Shown here: piece by piece, positions 9,909 to 19,851 of the stretch
Position numbering within the stretch: the stretch's first letter is position 1
Layout: each line of letters starts with the position of its first letter
Assembly (NCBI GenBank): GCA_903938485.1
Contig: CAJADF010000100.1
Location: forward strand, 4,438 to 68,437
Length of the DNA: 64,000 nucleotides
Reading direction: 5' to 3'
Source: an uncultured Methylococcaceae bacterium
GTDB taxonomy: Bacteria > Pseudomonadota > Gammaproteobacteria > Methylococcales > Methylomonadaceae
Notes under the pieces: generated by a model
Told to the model about the DNA's origin: nothing
The model's input: only the letters and a program-made list of their open reading frames with translations
Databases searched by the model: none
Position numbers and translations under genes: made by a program

Positions 9909-11264
9909 TCACCTTCTCATACCACGCACATTACTTTTAATTCCACGCATCATGTTGGCCATATTGCCAGATTTAAATTTCTTCATCATTTTTTGCATCA
10001 TCAAGAACTGCTTCAAAATACGATTAACATCTTGTATTTCTTGACCACTACCTGCTGCGATACGTTTTTTACGATTGCCTTTAATTAAATCCGGATAACG
10101 ACGTTCTTTCATCGTCATTGAATTAATCACGGCGATTTGACGGGCTAACATTTTATCGTTAACTTTATCTTTCATTTCTTGTGGAACACTATTTATGCCG
10201 GGTAACTTATCCAACATAGAACCAACACCGCCCATACTTTGCATTTGTTGTAACTGCTCACGAAAATCCTCTAAATCAAAAGCTTTGCCTTTTTGAATTT
10301 TTCTAGCTAACTTCTCGGCTTTTTCCTTATCAACTTTTTGTTCAATCTCTTCAATAAGCCCAAGCACGTCACCCATGCCTAAAATTCTTGAAGCTAAACG
10401 ATCGGGATAGAACGGTTCTAAAGCATTGGTTTTTTCACCGACACCTATAAATTTAATAGGTTTACCCGTGATATGTCGAATAGAAAGCGCGGCACCGCCT
10501 CTTGCATCACCATCGGCTTTAGTTAAAATCACACCGGTTAAAGGTAAAGCATCATTAAAAGATTTTGCCGTAATAGCCGCATCTTGACCCGTCATTGAGT
10601 CAACAACGAACAAGGTTTCAATTGGATTAATTGCCGCATGTAACGCTTTAATTTCGCCCATCATTTCATCATCAACATGCAAACGACCTGCCGTATCGAT
10701 AATGATTACATCTAGGAATTTTTTCTTTGCCGAATCGATTGCATTCTTGGCAATATCAACTGGTTGTTGAGATAAATCACTCTCAAAAAAATCGAGTTTT
10801 AATTCATCAGCCAACATTTGTAATTGCTTAATAGCCGCTGGACGATAAATGTCAGCACTGACCACACCTACTTTTTTCTTTTGAGTTTCTTGTAACCAAC
10901 GACCCAGTTTAGCAACGGTAGTTGTTTTACCAGCACCTTGCAAACCAGCCATTAAGATTACTGCAGGTGGCTGAGCATTTAGGTTAAGACTTTCATTAGC
11001 CTCACCCATCACCTTAACTAGCTCAGACTGCACTAACTTAATCATCGCCTGACCGGGCGACAAGCTAGCCTGAACCTCTTGACCTAAAGCACCTTCTTTA
11101 ACGCGCTCGATAAAATCGGTGACGACTGATAAAGATACATCGGCCTCAAGTAAGGCCATGCGCACTTCACGCAATGCATCTTTTATATTTTCTTCAGTCA
11201 GACGCCCCTGACCCTTTAGTTTTTTAAGCGTACTACTTAATCTATCGGTTAAATTATCAAACAT
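9909..11264 (-). CDS. ffh: signal recognition particle protein
   Basis: 451 aa. It has the N domain, SRP54 GTPase motifs (GLQGAGKTTTVAKL, DTAGRL, TKADGDARGG) and a Met-rich M domain at the C-terminus. Confidence 0.97.
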   Translation of the reverse strand: MFDNLTDRLSSTLKKLKGQGRLTEENIKDALREVRMALLEADVSLSVVTDFIERVKEGALGQEVQASLSPGQAMIKLVQSELVKVMGEANESLNLNAQPPAVILMAGLQGAGKTTTVAKLGRWLQETQKKKVGVVSADIYRPAAIKQLQMLADELKLDFFESDLSQQPVDIAKNAIDSAKKKFLDVIIIDTAGRLHVDDEMMGEIKALHAAINPIETLFVVDSMTGQDAAITAKSFNDALPLTGVILTKADGDARGGAALSIRHITGKPIKFIGVGEKTNALEPFYPDRLASRILGMGDVLGLIEEIEQKVDKEKAEKLARKIQKGKAFDLEDFREQLQQMQSMGGVGSMLDKLPGINSVPQEMKDKVNDKMLARQIAVINSMTMKERRYPDLIKGNRKKRIAAGSGQEIQDVNRILKQFLMMQKMMKKFKSGNMANMMRGIKSNVRGMRR

Positions 11265-11454
11265 ATCGCTGTCTTTGTTATATAAACTAAGGAAACTACG
11301 CGCCTGTAAAAATGCGTTAGAATTATTTAATCGGCTATATTAACATATCAATGAATAGCTTTGCACTCGTTGCAATGACAGAATAATTTAAACCCTGTAG
11401 ACTAACTTTACAAAATCCAAGTTACACATTGCTGGCTAATACCTAACACATACA

Positions 11455-12249
11455 ATGAATATAACTGTAATTGCCATTATTTCAATATGCACTTACCTGA
11501 GTAGTGCCTTCCTCATCGTTCAGAATATTAATAAAAATCGTGCAAAACAAACTGCAACTTATTTTGGATGGATAGGTGTCTGCACACACCTTATATTTAT
11601 AGGATTAAATTTCCAGCTAAATACTGGCTTTAACTTTGGATTTTTTAATACCGGCTCCTTAATTGCGATGATAGTAGCCTTATTATTATCAATTGCCTCT
11701 CTCAATAAACCGGTTGAAACATTAGGTGTTGCAATTTTTCCAATCGCAGCCGGCATGTTAGCTTTAGAATTAAATTCCCCTGAAAACACCCAAACACTAA
11801 CTCAGCATAACTGGGCAATGAGCGCACATATTTTGACATCTATTATTGCTTTTAGCCTTTTAAATATAGCCGCTATACAGGCTATTTTACTCGCGTTTCA
11901 AAATCAGCAATTAAAAAGCCATCCACCCAAAAAAATTATCCAGTCATTACCGCCATTACAAACTATGGAATCTTTATTGTTTCAAATGTTAACAACAGGG
12001 ATTATTTTTCTTACTATTTCACTGGGGACTGGATTCTTATTTATTGAGGATTTATTTGCCCAACATTTAGTACATAAAACTGTTTTATCGCTATTAGCAT
12101 GGATTATTTTTACGGGATTATTATTGGGCAGAAACTTTTATGGATGGAGAGGTCTCACTGCTATCAAATGGACGCTAGTGGGTTTTTTACTCTTATTATT
12201 AGCTTACTTTGGCAGTAAACTGGTTTTAGAACTGATATTACATAGATGA
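11455..12249 (+). CDS. ypjD: cytochrome c assembly (CcsA/YpjD-like) inner-membrane protein
   Basis: 264 aa and polytopic. It is divergent from ffh, as ypjD is in E. coli. The C-terminal part resembles the CcsA/CcmC family. Confidence 0.75.
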   Translation: MNITVIAIISICTYLSSAFLIVQNINKNRAKQTATYFGWIGVCTHLIFIGLNFQLNTGFNFGFFNTGSLIAMIVALLLSIASLNKPVETLGVAIFPIAAGMLALELNSPENTQTLTQHNWAMSAHILTSIIAFSLLNIAAIQAILLAFQNQQLKSHPPKKIIQSLPPLQTMESLLFQMLTTGIIFLTISLGTGFLFIEDLFAQHLVHKTVLSLLAWIIFTGLLLGRNFYGWRGLTAIKWTLVGFLLLLLAYFGSKLVLELILHR

Positions 12250-12317
12250 TTCTCAACAACTAAACCCTCGTATATTTAGGCCATCAGTTTCAGGCTAATT
12301 GGACTAACCACCGGGCC

Positions 12318-13505
12318 TTATGAAATTAAGCCATACAAATTAAACAAATTTTTCTTAGTCTCATAAAAATTTATGCCTGATAAATTTTTAGCCAATAGTT
12401 TTAAATCTTTTGATATCTTCGCATGAGGAAAAGATTGACATAAAGGCACTCCTACATCAGATGCCTTTGCAACTCTTTCAAAATCATTAGCTACGGTATA
12501 AATACCATCATGATTGACCATTTCCTTAAGGTCAGAAATTCGCATACTATTATTAGAGTCATATCGATTAATCACTAAAATTATTTTCTCTAAAGGCACT
12601 TCTAAATCTTTATTAAGTATATGTACCCACCTTTTTGCATCTCTAAACTGAACCAACCCTTGTTGAACAACAAGTACAATAAAGTCGGCATTCTGCATAA
12701 CCATATTTGAAACAGGATCAATTAAGCGTGGTATATCAATTACAATCTGATGATAATTAACTTTTAATAACTCAAGTAATTTAAGCATCTTTTTAACGTC
12801 AACCTCTCCAGGCAGAATAACTTCAGAAGGTGACGGCAAAACTAAACTAAGGTTTTGGGTATATTTAGTGATATATGCCTCTAATGAATAAGCATCTAAA
12901 TCGCCTAATGATTCTAAAACTTCCATAAACTTATACTGCGGATTTCTATCGAAATTTAACCCAATAGTGCCAAACTGCATATCAAGATCCAGCAATGCTA
13001 CTTTTACTTTAGCCTCATTGGCCAACAGATAAGCCACATTACTCGCTATAAAACTTGCTCCACTGCCGCCTTTTGCATTGACAATAACATTCATGCGTTT
13101 ATTTTCGGTACTATTTACAAGGCTAATCATATTGTTTTTTGTCGTTTCAATAACCACCGAAAACTTATCTTGATAGGTTTCAAAATCTATAAAATCTTTA
13201 ACACCTAAGCGTAAAGCTTGACTTAATAAAGCGGTATTCGACTGATCACCTACAATAATAATGGCCGCTTTCTTAGCAGGTAAAGTTTCCAAAAAGCTTA
13301 ATTCTTTTGAACCATTTGGCGTTAAATTTACGACTAGGATCGTCTGTTCATCCAAATGATTTAAATCCAAAGAACCATTAAGCGTTCTATTACACATGAC
13401 TTTGCAATGGCTTGCATCTTGTACTGAAAGCAAAGTTAGTTGCTTATCTAAAACTGATTGCTCAGCACCCACTAAAACTAGATTTATTTTTTCTGGCATA
13501 TTCAT
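12318..13505 (-). CDS. tadZ: Tad pilus assembly protein TadZ/CpaE (atypical ParA/MinD-like ATPase with N-terminal receiver-like domain)
   Basis: 395 aa. It has an N-terminal CheY-like fold without obvious phospho-acceptor context. The deviant Walker A is VNAKGGSGASFIASN, which lacks the P-loop GK[ST] lysine, as described for TadZ. It is the last gene of the tad cluster. Confidence 0.75.
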   Translation of the reverse strand: MNMPEKINLVLVGAEQSVLDKQLTLLSVQDASHCKVMCNRTLNGSLDLNHLDEQTILVVNLTPNGSKELSFLETLPAKKAAIIIVGDQSNTALLSQALRLGVKDFIDFETYQDKFSVVIETTKNNMISLVNSTENKRMNVIVNAKGGSGASFIASNVAYLLANEAKVKVALLDLDMQFGTIGLNFDRNPQYKFMEVLESLGDLDAYSLEAYITKYTQNLSLVLPSPSEVILPGEVDVKKMLKLLELLKVNYHQIVIDIPRLIDPVSNMVMQNADFIVLVVQQGLVQFRDAKRWVHILNKDLEVPLEKIILVINRYDSNNSMRISDLKEMVNHDGIYTVANDFERVAKASDVGVPLCQSFPHAKISKDLKLLAKNLSGINFYETKKNLFNLYGLIS

Positions 13506-13573
13506 AGTTTGTTATATAACAACAAGTCGACCTAATTTAGTCATAAGCACTAACATCTGTTGCTCGCGCATAA

Positions 13574-14680
13574 TTAATAGATATTTCCCGAATAATTAAC
13601 TATCTTTGGCGGTATAGTTGCCCCACCTTGAGGCCCAATACCACTAGAATCATGCATACTGCAATTAATTTTATAGTTAGGGTCAGTTTGAGGCACCACT
13701 TGAAAAGTAATAGTTTTAGGATTGCCTTTCCCGCTAGAATCAACCACCTTTACACATGCAAATCCGACAATTTTTTGAACGACATCAGTTACATCGGTAT
13801 CACATGAACCCGTAATCGGACAGGTAATAGCCGCCCTAACATAACCACATTTTCCATTACCCGCGACGCTACAATCGCCCAACAAATTATATAAATTAGC
13901 TTTAGTTCCTGATTGCAGAAAAAGTTCATCTCCAATCGAAAAAGTCTTAGAACTCGTTCCCCCAGCACTCAAAGCCGCAATAATATTCTGTATGGTTTTA
14001 TCAGATTGATCTTTTGTTGCTTGTAAAGGTGTCCATTGTCCAGTATTGCAAGTTGAACCTGTCGGCCCATAAGGCCTATCAATCTGATACTCCCCAACCG
14101 GATTTATTATCTTGCCCGAACCATTCGCACCTAAGCCAAACACACACCCCTGTATAACGAACGGTAAAATATTTTCTTTTGTACTACTCGGACTAATCCC
14201 CGCTACTGCAACAGCTGTTGCACTAGGGCTAAAGGTCTTAATGCCTAACACGCCAGAAAAGAAAGCATTCACAACGCCATTGATGCCTGATTTTGTAATA
14301 GTTACTTCTACGGCTGGATAATCATTATTTACATCTACTTTGCTTGCATGTAGCCCAGTGGGTGAACCTGTTATATTCCAATACCCGGTGATAATGGTGC
14401 CAGATGCGAGAACACTATTATCCGCTCTGTTCTGCTGTACCGCTGTTGTAGCCTTTGAACTGGCTAAACTCCAGTTTGGATTACTAGAGACTAAAGGATA
14501 TAAAGAGTTTGCACCCGATAATGCGGCGGTATCTGCCGCATTTTGGAGTTGATTACGCATTACAAATAAATAACCCACGTCAATAGCTAGTGCAAAAAAA
14601 CCCAATAAAACCGTCGTCATCATGACCGTTAGCACTAAGCTTGCACCTATTTGTTTATGAGTTTTAAAAGATTTATTCAT
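13574..14680 (-). CDS. tadG: TadG-like pseudopilin / Flp pilus assembly protein
   Basis: 368 aa. The N-terminal TM plus Tad_N motif is GASLVLTVMMTTVLLGFFALAIDVGYLFVMRNQLQNAADTAALSGA. Its start overlaps the tadE stop by 8 nt. Confidence 0.75.
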   Translation of the reverse strand: MNKSFKTHKQIGASLVLTVMMTTVLLGFFALAIDVGYLFVMRNQLQNAADTAALSGANSLYPLVSSNPNWSLASSKATTAVQQNRADNSVLASGTIITGYWNITGSPTGLHASKVDVNNDYPAVEVTITKSGINGVVNAFFSGVLGIKTFSPSATAVAVAGISPSSTKENILPFVIQGCVFGLGANGSGKIINPVGEYQIDRPYGPTGSTCNTGQWTPLQATKDQSDKTIQNIIAALSAGGTSSKTFSIGDELFLQSGTKANLYNLLGDCSVAGNGKCGYVRAAITCPITGSCDTDVTDVVQKIVGFACVKVVDSSGKGNPKTITFQVVPQTDPNYKINCSMHDSSGIGPQGGATIPPKIVNYSGNIY

Positions 14681-15134
14681 AATTCATCACCGTTGTGGCA
14701 GACAAAATAAGTGGATTACTAAATCCCGGCACTAATAGCCCAAACAAATTCCCAAACACTAAAAACTGATAGCTATAACTTACAGTCACCTTGAGTGGTG
14801 TACCTGAGTTTGCCCCACAATTTGTAATTGTGGAAGGTGGTGCGGGGATAACAGTAATAACGGGCACGGCTTTAGTTGATGCAAATGATACTAATCCAGT
14901 ACTGTAATTATTAACCACAGCCTGGATTTGAGCGGTGGTCAATAATGGACATTTAAATGCGACTCCTGATCTAGCGCCCTCCCGACTGGCATTAGTGATA
15001 ATCGCTTTATCGTAAAGCACTATGCCAAACTCCATAATGCCAAATAGGATAAATAACAAAAATGGCAAAATAAGCACAAATTCAATGATCTCTGCACCTT
15101 TTTGTTTATAAGTTAAATTCATCATAGTAAACAC
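14673..15134 (-). CDS. tadE: TadE-like pseudopilin
   Basis: 153 aa with the TadE N-terminal motif KQKGAEIIEFVLILPFLLFILFGIMEFGIVLYDKAIITNASREGAR. Confidence 0.8.
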   Translation of the reverse strand: MFTMMNLTYKQKGAEIIEFVLILPFLLFILFGIMEFGIVLYDKAIITNASREGARSGVAFKCPLLTTAQIQAVVNNYSTGLVSFASTKAVPVITVIPAPPSTITNCGANSGTPLKVTVSYSYQFLVFGNLFGLLVPGFSNPLILSATTVMNYE

Positions 15135-15136
15135 AC

Positions 15137-15478
15137 CTAATTACCCGTACCCGCACCACCACCGACAGTTTTAGAATCAAATACCACGCCTCTTTTAGCA
15201 TTTTCAATTGAATTAGTTGAACCTTGACGATACGCTTTAACAATTTCTTGAGCTTTTTGCCCATCAATAGCAGAAATATCAGCATGTTTAGGACATAATT
15301 TTGATCCTTTAACTGCTGCACCTTGCTCAGGACATAAGGCCTGATTATTAAGCATCGCATGATAAGCTTGCCCATAATGCTGATCAACCACTCTAGGAAC
15401 CGAGTCCCATTCAGTACAAGCCGTTATTTGAACTAATCCCAAAATTATCATAACTTTATCTATATGAAATAATTGCAT
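15137..15478 (-). CDS. small predicted lipoprotein of the tad cluster (unknown function)
   Basis: 113 aa. It has a signal peptide with lipobox (LGLVQITAC) and a Gly-rich C-terminus. It is packed tightly between the secretin stop (15481) and the tadE start (15134). It may be DUF3613-like, but I cannot confirm that. Confidence 0.5.
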   Translation of the reverse strand: MQLFHIDKVMIILGLVQITACTEWDSVPRVVDQHYGQAYHAMLNNQALCPEQGAAVKGSKLCPKHADISAIDGQKAQEIVKAYRQGSTNSIENAKRGVVFDSKTVGGGAGTGN

Positions 15479-15480
15479 GT

Positions 15481-17097
15481 TTAATTCCTCTCGATTAACT
15501 GTTGACCATAATCACCGTCTAAGCCACCTTGGTTATTGATGATTTTGGTGTTGTTTGGGCGTAATGGTTTAGATAAAACCCTACCCTCCGTTCTGCCTAA
15601 GACATAAAAATCTACATCATTTGGCTCGCTAAAGTTATCCGTTGGTATAACAGCATTCTTTGCTAAAACAGGCTTTGCTAAACGGGGTGTCACAAAAATG
15701 ACCAATTCGGTAGTATCTTTTTTAAATTTAGAGGTTCTAAACAATGCTCCTAAGCCAGGGATATCTCCCAAGCCAGGAAATTTATTAACATTCTCCTGCA
15801 ATTTCTCATTAATTAAGCCAGCAATACTCATAGTTTGGCCATCTGCCAATTCTAAGGTTGTGCTCGCTTCACGCTTAGTTAATGAGGGTATAGCATATTG
15901 TTTTGTAACACTGCCTACATCAGCAATTATGGCGGCATCATTAGATAACTCGCTAACACTGACATGTAAATTTAAATTTATGCGCCCAGAATCTAAAACA
16001 ACCGGTACAAACTTTAACCCTATACCATATTCTTTAAAAACAACGGTAATTGTGCCTAACCCACTACCAATAGACTGCGGAACCGGTATGGGAAACTCCC
16101 CTCCCGAAATAAAAGTAGCCGTTTGACCCGATAAGGTAGTTAAGGTAGGTTGCGCTAATATTTTGGCTAACTGCTGTTGATTAGCAGCATCTATCGTTAA
16201 ATTAAATAAAAATTCACCACTAATGGATTGCAAAAATAAAGCACCTGCATCAAAACTATGTGGGGCTAAAACGTTTCCGATACCACTTGCATCAAATAAC
16301 CCCCCACCATTAACGGCGCCAACTGAAAAATTATTCGATGCTTGTAAAGCGCTAAATTTAATATTTAAGCCTTTTAAAACTGTACGATCAATTTCTGCGA
16401 CCTTAACATCTAGCATTACTTGTTGAGCCCCACCCACACTCATCAAATTAATCACTTTTGGACAAGCACTGCCACTTGGATCCACTTTAGGCGCAGATGT
16501 GATTGCCGAGAAATTAACGCTACTGTCTGGACTACTAATTGAACTTGCCTGACTGCCGGAACCTAACACAGCAGAAGAACCTAAATAGCCTTCCGCTAAA
16601 TCATAAGCGGCTTTCATATTATCTAAACTACTGACTTCTCCACTTAACACAATATTTTTTTGAGACGATCTAACCGCTATATTAGGCTTGCCTTGAGAAT
16701 CATGTTCATTAGGTAATAACTCATAAAGCTTAGCTTTTAATGAACTTAAATCATGCGTAACCTCTATATCCAAAATCTCAATAATGGCTCCATTAGCGCC
16801 CCATAAATATAAATTTGTGGTGCCCAAAGCTTTACCATTGAGTAATATTTGATTAGGTTTAATGAAGGTAGCTTCCGCAGACTCCGTATCTGGTTTCAAA
16901 CTACTGGTCGAAATTGAAGAATTGCCCTGTGATATCTCGGCAATTTGTAATTTTTTATCTAAAGTAATTAATTTGGACTTATTTACGGCTATTTGTACTT
17001 TTTCAGTTTTAACATCGCCACCATTTATACCTGAAAATACCACTGAATTTGATACTAGCATTAAACTTATCACTACAGTTTTCATCATTTTATTCAT
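15481..17097 (-). CDS. rcpA: Tad pilus secretin RcpA/CpaC
   Basis: 538 aa. It has a signal peptide, an N-terminal BON/pilus-formation domain and a C-terminal secretin domain (PGLGDIPGLGALFRTSKFKKDTTELVIFVTPRL). Confidence 0.9.
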   Translation of the reverse strand: MNKMMKTVVISLMLVSNSVVFSGINGGDVKTEKVQIAVNKSKLITLDKKLQIAEISQGNSSISTSSLKPDTESAEATFIKPNQILLNGKALGTTNLYLWGANGAIIEILDIEVTHDLSSLKAKLYELLPNEHDSQGKPNIAVRSSQKNIVLSGEVSSLDNMKAAYDLAEGYLGSSAVLGSGSQASSISSPDSSVNFSAITSAPKVDPSGSACPKVINLMSVGGAQQVMLDVKVAEIDRTVLKGLNIKFSALQASNNFSVGAVNGGGLFDASGIGNVLAPHSFDAGALFLQSISGEFLFNLTIDAANQQQLAKILAQPTLTTLSGQTATFISGGEFPIPVPQSIGSGLGTITVVFKEYGIGLKFVPVVLDSGRINLNLHVSVSELSNDAAIIADVGSVTKQYAIPSLTKREASTTLELADGQTMSIAGLINEKLQENVNKFPGLGDIPGLGALFRTSKFKKDTTELVIFVTPRLAKPVLAKNAVIPTDNFSEPNDVDFYVLGRTEGRVLSKPLRPNNTKIINNQGGLDGDYGQQLIERN

Positions 17098-17178
17098 AAC
17101 TCATCCTTACACTCATAAAGTGCTTTGCTCTAATTGTGAGTAATCTCAACCCCACGGCTGATTCTTTATTCTTAGTCA

Positions 17179-17916
17179 TCACCAAGGAATCACTTTAAGT
17201 AAGCGTTTTTTCTTAGGAGGATTTTTTTCGGGTTCTGTTAGAGCCATCACCTTTTCTGGAACAGTGACAACATCGATATCTAATGGATTTCTTAGAGACA
17301 ATTGAATAGTCCCTTCTTGCAAAGCACTAACCATTAAGTTGGCCTGATCAGGCATTAACTCTAAAGTCACCGCACGCACTACGGTTGGTTTTTCATTACC
17401 TTGCGCCAAATCCTGATCAACGGCTAATACGGTAATATTTTGCAATAAGGTTTGAGTACTTGCTTTATTAGTGAGCCTATCAATTTTGCTTGATAAAACG
17501 TCAACATTATTACCCGGTGAAATAAAACCAGACACCCCAACCACATCATCCACTCGCACTGAAACAGCACGGTGATCTTTTTTAATCAAGGCCGATAGCA
17601 TACTTCCCGCTAAATACTCCGACATTCGTTTATCTGTAATTAATTCACCTACATAAAAGTTATTTTTAGTGACTCTATTAATGACCTGTTCTTTAGTAGT
17701 ATAAGTACCCTCAGGCACAACGGCACCATTCCAACTAATGACTTTAAGTTGATAATCTTCAACCTTTAACCCAAACGGAATATCTACTGCAGCCACAACT
17801 ACCTGAAATGTTTTTTGTGGCTGTGTCTTTTCTTTAATCCACAGATTTGCAATCCATGCAGCAATTGATGCCATAAGCAATGCAATGATTAACATGATAA
17901 TAAATCGTTTATTCAT
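17179..17916 (-). CDS. rcpC: Flp pilus assembly protein RcpC/CpaB
   Basis: 245 aa. It has an N-terminal TM, a SAF-like domain (VVVAAVDIPFGLKVEDYQLKV) and an RcpC C-terminal domain, immediately upstream of the secretin. Confidence 0.85.
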   Translation of the reverse strand: MNKRFIIMLIIALLMASIAAWIANLWIKEKTQPQKTFQVVVAAVDIPFGLKVEDYQLKVISWNGAVVPEGTYTTKEQVINRVTKNNFYVGELITDKRMSEYLAGSMLSALIKKDHRAVSVRVDDVVGVSGFISPGNNVDVLSSKIDRLTNKASTQTLLQNITVLAVDQDLAQGNEKPTVVRAVTLELMPDQANLMVSALQEGTIQLSLRNPLDIDVVTVPEKVMALTEPEKNPPKKKRLLKVIPW

Positions 17917-17934
17917 AAGATAATCCTTTGACTA

Positions 17935-19197
17935 TTAGTCAATAAAATAAGTATTCCAAGCCAATTTCATATCAACTTTACTTAAATAATCTTTATGATT
18001 AAATATAGCAAAATCATGACCTATCGATAACAAATCCAAGGGCTGGCAAGGATAAAAAGGTCTTTTAGTGTTTTCATACCACTCAAAAACCTGCTCTAAC
18101 AGCCCATCCTCTAGCTTTAAACTCCGACTTAAACAAATAATTCCCCACAATTGCTGATAAGCCTCTTTTGTAATACTGGTAAATTTAATCTTGTAACCCA
18201 AGCGCCTTAAGAAAGCCGCATCCGCTAAGTCATAAGGGTTAATATTGGTTGAAAAAATCAAAATAATATTAAACGGCACGGGAAAATGCTGGCCAGAACC
18301 CAAGGTTAAATAATCAAGGTGCTCTGCCATAGGGACAATCCAGCGATTTAATAAATCTACAGTAGGTGCCCTCTGCCGCCCCATATCGTCAACAATATAA
18401 ATGCCATTATTTGCTTTCAATTGAATAGGAGCTTGACTAAAACGCGTAACTGAATCGTAACTGAGTTCTAAACTATCCATAGTTAACTCACCCCCACTAA
18501 TTGCTATCGGGCGTTTACACAAAATCAAGCGCTGATCTGTTTGGTTTACAAATTGATAATCTGCTTTTTCTACTAGGCTATAAACTGGAATATGTAAGAC
18601 AGGATCAAAAAACTGAATGATCTCACGTCCAACAACTAAGGCATAAGGTAAATGTACTGGCTCACCCAAACAAGCCACTAAATGCTGACAAATAAATGTT
18701 TTACCACTGCCTGCCGGTCCATACACCATAATCGCTCGACCGGAATTTAATGCCGGTCCTAATTGATTAACAATCGCATCTTCTAGCACTACATCAGAAA
18801 AAACACTTTGTAACTGCTCTCTAGTTACCGAATTATTAAAGACTGATTGAGCCTCAACTAAAGCCCTGTAATGCGTCAAACTTATTGGTACTCGGCCACT
18901 ATATCCACTTCTTAAATAAGCATTTCTAGCTTCAACTTGGCCAATAATAGTTAACTGATAACGCAGTTGATTGCTGCTATGATTTGCTGCCAAAACTTCA
19001 ACTTTAAAATCATTTCGTAACAAATCTAATAAGCTTTCGACTATACCACCAGCCAAGCCTAATCGTTCCACTAGTTGCGAGGTGTTCATTACGCCACCGT
19101 CGTAAAGATGTTTTAATACTAAATCAAGTAATAATTCATTATCTAAATCAATTTCGTTTAGAGTTCGAGGTTGTTTAATTAACGCTAAGAGCGACAT
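17935..19197 (-). CDS. AAA+ ATPase with N-terminal winged-helix-like domain, embedded in the tad locus (function unknown)
   Basis: 420 aa. Walker A is VYGPAGSGKTF, Walker B is GIYIVDDMGRQ, and the sensor-1 region is IILIFSTNINP. The segment LLNRWIVPMAEH..YLTL..GQHFPVPF and the Arg-rich AAFLRRLGYKI resemble MoxR/Mg-chelatase-type AAA+ proteins. Its start overlaps the tadV stop by 13 nt. Confidence 0.8.
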   Translation of the reverse strand: MSLLALIKQPRTLNEIDLDNELLLDLVLKHLYDGGVMNTSQLVERLGLAGGIVESLLDLLRNDFKVEVLAANHSSNQLRYQLTIIGQVEARNAYLRSGYSGRVPISLTHYRALVEAQSVFNNSVTREQLQSVFSDVVLEDAIVNQLGPALNSGRAIMVYGPAGSGKTFICQHLVACLGEPVHLPYALVVGREIIQFFDPVLHIPVYSLVEKADYQFVNQTDQRLILCKRPIAISGGELTMDSLELSYDSVTRFSQAPIQLKANNGIYIVDDMGRQRAPTVDLLNRWIVPMAEHLDYLTLGSGQHFPVPFNIILIFSTNINPYDLADAAFLRRLGYKIKFTSITKEAYQQLWGIICLSRSLKLEDGLLEQVFEWYENTKRPFYPCQPLDLLSIGHDFAIFNHKDYLSKVDMKLAWNTYFID

Positions 19198-19739
19198 AAG
19201 CTGATAAATTGGGAAATACCACAGTTATCTGGAAACATCACATACAGCGCACCTAATGCTATAGCGGGTGCTAAAGGAATTTTTTGTGCGGAAGCTTCTA
19301 AATTATTTGGTTCTTGATAGGAAATAACCCCACCTAAACCACTAAATAACATCATTTTGTATCTGACTATTAATTTCATTAAATCTCCTCTCAGAACGAT
19401 AAAAACCATAGCCATCACAAACATTGCTATATAACTGTACAAAACAACTTCAATCACATTATGCAGACCTGATACACTACCTATGGCAGCCACTAACTTT
19501 ACATCTCCACCTCCCATGCCTCCTAAAACATAACTAGGCAACATCATTACCATGCCGGCTAACAAGCCCAAGATACTAGTTATAAAACCAATTCTCTGAT
19601 CAATAAAAGTGTTCCAAATCAAACCGCTGCAAATGATCATTAACACCAGTTGGTTGGGAATTTTATGTTGTTTAATATCATTAGCCGCCGCTAGCAATAA
19701 ACACAAACTTAAAAACAAATACATATTCGACATAAACAT
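19185..19739 (-). CDS. tadV: prepilin peptidase TadV/CpaA (A24 aspartic peptidase)
   Basis: 184 aa and polytopic. Two catalytic Asp contexts are present (AANDIKQHKIPN and GGMGGGDVKL). Confidence 0.85.
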   Translation of the reverse strand: MFMSNMYLFLSLCLLLAAANDIKQHKIPNQLVLMIICSGLIWNTFIDQRIGFITSILGLLAGMVMMLPSYVLGGMGGGDVKLVAAIGSVSGLHNVIEVVLYSYIAMFVMAMVFIVLRGDLMKLIVRYKMMLFSGLGGVISYQEPNNLEASAQKIPLAPAIALGALYVMFPDNCGISQFISLCRS

Positions 19740-19851
19740 TCCTCTTTAAAATTGTTGAGTTATTACTCACAAGAGAAGTGAATCAAAACACAGGCATTAA
19801 AAAAGCCTTTTCTTTAATTAACAAAAGAAAAGGCTTAATACACTTGAGCTA

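Noticed and set aside
15106-15387. ORF 15106-15387 (-), 93 aa, overlapping the small lipoprotein gene
   Set aside because: It is Lys/Leu-rich low complexity in an alternative frame, and it overlaps both the tadE start and the lipoprotein ORF. The 15137-15478 frame has a lipobox and precise intergenic spacing.
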